Translations under genes and position numbers: made by a program
Part shown: piece by piece, positions 57,853 through 64,000 of the stretch
Layout of the letters: each line of letters opens with the position of its first letter
How positions within the stretch are numbered: the first letter of the stretch is position 1
The notes under the pieces: model-generated
What the model was told of the DNA's origin: nothing
What the model saw: the letters and a program-made list of their open reading frames with translations, nothing else
Database searches by the model: none
Origin: Hormiphora californensis
Taxonomy: Eukaryota > Animalia > Ctenophora
DNA length: 64,000 nucleotides
Assembly: GCA_020137815.1 (NCBI GenBank)
Contig: CM035358.1
Location: 2,790,001 to 2,854,000 of the forward strand
Direction of reading: 5' to 3'

Positions 57853-59091
57853 CTGTAGGGAGAGGGAACATGGTTACATTAGGGATTTGGAAGAAAATGG
57901 TTAGAGAGAAACATAGCTAGGCCGGATGAACATTAGGTAAACATGTAACGGTTAGATAGATAAGGGGTGAGATAGGGCCTATGGGAATGAATGTGTCAGG
58001 TAAGGGGGTTACTATAATAAGTTGGTGGTTGTACTAGTGCGATCATTTTCAATTTCCATGTTACAATTTTGGGGATTTTATTACAAAGCACTATTAGGCT
58101 ACCAATGAAATATGAATATTATGACGCGTGATAGCTCAATGAATATATTTATGAACAGAGACGCATGATAATTAGCCACAGGAACATATTCCCTTGACTC
58201 TCTTGAGTTGAAACATTACGTCAACTCTCAAAGTGGATTCCAGACTTGAAGTTATTGAAACCATTGGAAACATTACGTTATCGTACCACGCCAAGCATGC
58301 CTCTATAAGGTGCATCATGATACTTGGTAACTCATTTAAAGTCACGCTATTTAGTAAGTCGCATTCAACCTCAATTGCACTGTACTTCTCTGTACTATCT
58401 CTCAATTCAAGATTTACCATGAATTTCAAAGTTCAAAGAATTTACGAACACATCTCGACTCTCTTTTCCATAACCCATCATTATAAGTTCTCCCATTCCT
58501 CTCGACTAGCTGTCACTTTATGCTTCAGTTAAACTATATTCCCCCTTCCTTGATGAAAGCTAGATGAGGGGAATATATGAAGGGAAATATGGCTTCTAAC
58601 AATGCCATATTTATGAAGTTTCTGCCACGAAGATCACGCGAAGGAATTTATGAGGGCGGAAATTGGTATGAAAGGGGGGACATACAATTAGGGCACAAAT
58701 TCTATAATGCATAAATAAAATTTGTGCCCTAATTTGTTTTATCTGCAAGGCCCAGATTTTCCGAGCCTCACAGATGATAAAAAACTATAAAATACTATGC
58801 TCTTCAAAAACACCTACATCCCTGTCAGTTGTCACTCCCCGATTATAAAGTCATTCTTAATTTCCTTACTAAGTCATGTTTTCGAAAGCCGTAAGCTGTC
58901 AAAAATATGCCAACCTTACGTAAGGTTAACAGGATGATTCAGTGACATTTAGCGAGAAGTTTAACATCAGGCTAAACATCATTACAGTGACTTCTCCTAG
59001 TCAAGGTAAATTGTAATATTCACACATGTCACGTGGTATTAGAACTTGCCAACATATATTCTCAAATATCACGTGTTACGCCCCCTGTTAC

Positions 59092-59212
59092 CTTGTGACA
59101 CATCACAGAGATCTCCGATGATCACCTTTGCCAGGTTCTCAAGACACTTGTTGAGAAAGCGCCGGCCGACAGTCAGCAGCAAACTCCCGCTCGGTGAGTA
59201 GAAGAGTCCCAT
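59092..59212 (-). CDS. MKNK: Distal first coding exon (MG..S N-terminus), probably of MKNK
   Basis: ATG GGA CTC TTC TAC TCA = MGLFYSPSGSLLLTVGRRFLNKCLENLAKVIIGDLCDVSQ, G|GTAACA donor, phase 1, matching exon 57852. Confidence 0.6.
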
Positions 59213-59744
59213 GTTGTCAGGAATGGATGATTTTAGGGAGGGTTAGATCACCAAACAGCGATATTTGACAGAATCCGAATATAATATAAGATATTTGACT
59301 TGCCAGTTGTCTCCAAAGATCCTAAAATATCCTCTTTTGATCTCGACTGAGCGAGAGAGGGAGGTGAAGAAACACACGTGAGAGAAGGTTTCCAATGTCA
59401 ATGAAGGACTCCAACTTTAGTATTTTTCAGGAACACAAAGTACACACGAGAGAATGAGAGAAATACAAGTGGGCAATGACACGTGTTGACAGACTATCTC
59501 CCTCTCTCTCTGAGATGTTGTTGCCTGATGAAGGTATGGGTAGGAGAATATATCTTGATACTGTTTTGGGCGTGTTGAATGTAGCTGCCAGCGGATGTGA
59601 GCACGGGTTACAAGGCGATGGAAAATAAGGAAAGAGACAAGAGCTATTTTTTGAATCGAAAACAAAATGGCAGAGTGGGTAATTGGCCTCACATACCGCA
59701 GAGAGAAAAATAGGGAGAGAGGTGTAGAGAGATAGAGAGATAGA

Positions 59745-59879
<135 letters not shown>

Positions 59880-60846
59880 TGGGCACGTGATTCACCGCGT
59901 GTTTGTGTCGGACATTTATATTTTCGTATACGCTTGTCATCGCTGAACCTGTAACCAATAATTACTGTATAGGTGCACTTTCACCCACCGTATATCTCTC
60001 TGTCTGTATCTCTTTCTTTATCTCTCCGTCTCTCTCCTTCACCTTTTACATATTTCTCTCCCTTTCATCCTTGTTCACTTACTATTTCTCTCCCACCACT
60101 CAATCATGATCAGTACAGCTGCTGGTCTCTCACCAACAACAACATGTGTATTTTCACACCACAATATTGTTTGTTTAATCTTCAATCTGCTCTATCTGAC
60201 GGCTAGTATGCTGAGCCGTCAGAGCTAGATTGAGTATGCGGTTAATAGTGCGAATCGAGCATTATGTCAGGGTATTATATAGTGAGTTGAGATTGAGAGA
60301 GACTAAGTGAGGGTGAAAAAGTGAGAGAGACGCTTAGAGATAGAGTGAGAGAGATAAAAAGGAAGGTTAGGGAGAGAATACTAGTTGTATAACTATATCG
60401 ATAGAATACAGCTAGTTGTAGAATATATTTAACTGTGACGTGCAGTACTAATTATTGTTAGTGGCGCGGGGGTGCCTCTACCAGCGTATGTCATGTAATG
60501 TGTCTGTATTTTTGTGCACATATATGTGGTATTATTTCGACCGGAATCAGAAGGTGAAAGAGAGAAATTATAGAAATCATATTTCATGCATGGGAGGGAT
60601 ATTAGAAATGAAGGGACAAAGATGAGAAAAATATTGACACAGAGAGATATATATATTGAGAGAGAAAGACAGCTAGATGAATAATAATGGCACGTTTGTG
60701 TGACCACATTGTGTGATATATGATGGAGGGGGGGGGGAGACGTCTGGGCGCCGCCCCTCCTCCTTCATCGCACCCGCACACCCGGAAATGTAGTTGTTCT
60801 GAGAGAGATGGTGTGTGGTGGGGAGAGAGGTGGGAGAGAGAGAGAG

Positions 60847-60933
<87 letters not shown>

Positions 60934-63900
60934 TGTGTATCTCTTTAATTTCCGGGAGCTATAAGATACAGGTCTGATCCAGTACACTAACTGTTACCAG
61001 GTTTCAATGTCCTATAGCCCACAGATACAAAGTGTGGTTCAGAAAGATCAGAAGGAGATTACGGATGATAATGATGCAAATGTGATGAAAATGAGATGGT
61101 TGAGATTCCCCTTCATCTTCTTCTATTCTCTAACTATCTAACTATATTATATTCTCTAATGTGTTTATGGTTGAGATCTCTATCTCTCCTTCTCGAACTT
61201 TGTTTACAACCTATCAACCTCATTTCTCCTCCACCACCACACCAAAGCTCACACCACCACGTTACTGCAACTGAGCAGACAGCACTGCCCAGCTCACACC
61301 TTAAATCTGTCTTTGTGAGTTAGGACTGGAAAGAGGATGTATGATTGTGATAGTGAAACTAGGGCCGCACATTGTGTTCGGCAAGCCGTACAGAGAGATT
61401 GTTCTAGAACGGTGGGTCACTTAAATCGTCGCAATGATTTTCTCTCTCCTTCTCTCTCCTCTCTTTCTTGACGAACCAGTACGATCCTCTTTATGCACAT
61501 AATCGAGACATATGTAATTAGTTACATCAACCGTATGCCGTATATTTCACTCTCTCTCTCCCTCTCCCTCTCTATCTCTCTCTCACTCTCCAGTATGACA
61601 AATCAGAGGCCAAGTAGGTAAAATCCTAATCTAATATGATCTGCAGCAGAGCTGATCCTTTTTTCCACTCTCAGTCTTGAACCCATTTAGCGACTTTCTA
61701 GACCAAATTTAAATTTAAATCATGTCAAGGGAATCCCTTTCGGCTTTCCCTTATTCTAATCCTCAACCCTTTTTACTCCTTCAACTACCCCCATGGCCCA
61801 TATATAATGGACTCAGCTTGCACATTACCCACAAAGCCATAAACCCTGCTGGATTGGGCCAGCAGTGTGGGCATCACTAGGGGGGAAGGGGAGACTTGTT
61901 ATTTGGCTCATGTCCCATTTGCAGGATAAGCCGGTCTCCTGGAAGCGATCGTGAACCGGCGGGGTAAAAAACTGCTTATAGCCTCCTGCAGATCTACACC
62001 AAAATAATGGCACAGTATTATTGAGACAGAGCTCTGTGTGACACTGAATAGTGAATACTGGTCGGGTACTGATCATTCATTACCATAATTGTAGTATAGG
62101 GTTTCATTTAGTACTGTGTTTATAGGTTACTAGGGTACGTGCTTTTAGTAACAACATTAACAGCATAATGAGCCCTAGCAGCAGTTATCTGCTGACCACC
62201 TGTCTCTCTTCCTTTCTCTCTGCCCTCTTCGCTCGGTCCCCTCTTTATCTCCCTATATTATCATAAAATATGCATAAGATATTCTGAATAATAAGATAAT
62301 AATCTAATAACCTAGCCAATAACATTTTCTTAAGAAGTATACTACGCTCTGTGCGTGTTTTAATAGTACATTCCGTGTTTGCTACTACATTAACATGCAG
62401 GGAATTACTTGCTAATAAACTTCTCCTGCCACTTCCCCAAACCACTTTACTTTTTTAATTTTCTCTCATTCTCCTCACCTCTCTCATTCCCTCACCTTTC
62501 TCTCTCTTTCTCTCTCCCCTTCGTGTACATGTCGGACATTTGAATGAATTTGTCCAGAAGGTGAAAGGAAAGCGCGGCTAGTAGCCGAGCTACTTAGCCT
62601 TCTGCAGAGGGCAGAGAGAGAGGGAGGGAGAAATACAGGGAGAGAGAAATGCGGAGAGAAAGAATAATGAGACTAGGTTCACACAGTAGGTATACACGTA
62701 GACTTGTATGCAGATGGGCTTATGTATAATTTATGTACGATGAAACGGTCTTATAAGAGAGGGGGGGGGTTAACCTTTGTGTACGGTGTTTACATACTGA
62801 TAAATTTTCAAAGGAAATATGCGATCTAATCTGCTGCATCTTTCCGGACCGTTATGTGGATCTTTATGTGGATTTATCTACATTTTAGTGAGCTAGAGGG
62901 TGAAGATATGAAATGAGTTGTATAGACAAAATATACTCACCACACAGGACATACACACACGCCCAATCAAAGTGCAAGCCACACCGCTACTGAACTAACA
63001 CGCCGAGAAAAATAGGAGTGGAGAGAGAGAGAGAAAGAGAAAGGGAGTGAGAGAGACAGAGAGAGAAAAAAAACCTCTTGAATATGAACACCCAACCCAC
63101 ATCCGTATGCGTTTTCAATGCATTGTATGTCTGAAACTACTGTCTAAAAGGCATAGAGGAGGGGAGTGGGGAGGGATATACAGGACAAAGGGGAGTAGTC
63201 TTGAGAGATAATAAAATTGCGGTCCATTATCGATAAGTACAAACCACATAAAACACTTTAAATACCGGCGATAAAACGCACAAAGGGTTATCTTACTAAT
63301 GGCACCACTAAGTGGATCTCAATCAAGCTTAGACCACGAACAGATGATATATCTTTGATTTATCGTTGATATGTCACGTCCATTATATATGTCTTAAAAT
63401 CTAGTGACCATTAAAAACACTAAACAGTACACATACAGCAATATTTTACCAAATTGGAAGCAGCAGTTACACTCACCGAAATGGCGAGAGGTTGAGTACA
63501 ATAATCCTCGGTCGTTTGTAAGTTTTGGTCGTCAAAGGAGGGACCATACTTGGCGGGTGGAGCAAGCCATTTTGCAACAAAATACAACGAGGGGTCCTGT
63601 GCTAAATTCGACTCAAGAGACTTTCCGCCTCCTGCACATGCGGCTGTTTTCATCCAACGCGACTTTTGCATAGCTTGATTCAAAGTGACGCGCACGCTCG
63701 CTTATTTTAATGCGTCGCGCTATTTTGCAGTGAAATATAAAACATCCCGCGGCGTCCGCATCGGCATTACGAAATATTTCTTCGTATCGTTTTTTCTTCA
63801 GGAGTGGTGGATTGTGAAGCCACTCTTGTTGTGTCCCTCTCCCACCTTCTCCGTGTGCCAACACAACACTATACTGGTACACCCGCACTGCACAGTCGTG

Positions 63901-64000
63901 TTCCATTTTTTCCGATTTTTTCTTCCGTTTTCCGGATTTTTTGAAAAAATCTCAAAATGAAAACAAAATTCAGGTTCTTCAGTTGCAAAGCGCTGCCTTA

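Overview
Eukaryotic (animal) genomic DNA with many short GT-AG introns, dense (GA)n/(CT)n microsatellites, several non-autonomous DNA transposons, one 100-N scaffold gap and a few low-quality homopolymer-rich stretches. A spliced-leader-like sequence and a divergent SIX gene suggest a ctenophore (inference). Three genes are clear. (1) A multi-exon MEKK1/MAP3K1 on + (SWIM, RING, helical/TOG-like region, UIM-like motif, kinase; stop at 26080), with an upstream S/P-rich exon chain entering from the left edge. (2) An intronless, divergent SIX-class homeobox gene on - (26366-27415), tail-to-tail with MAP3K1. (3) An MNK/MKNK kinase on - (DFD motif) spanning about 31.8-59.2 kb, with at least three alternative N-termini, one possibly myristoylated, and two candidate last exons. 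The most unusual object is a 195-bp insertion at 1096-1290. It is flanked by a perfect 12-bp target-site duplication and consists of a fold-back 5' end, a spliced-leader exon with no GT donor, a hammerhead-ribozyme-like core and AATAAA. This looks like a retro-copied, SL-trans-spliced Penelope/retrozyme-like RNA. A 2.2-kb pogo-type element carrying a ~1.25-kb near-perfect palindrome, and a G8/C8-ended foldback element, also stand out. All exon coordinates were assembled by eye from splice signals and reading-frame continuity.
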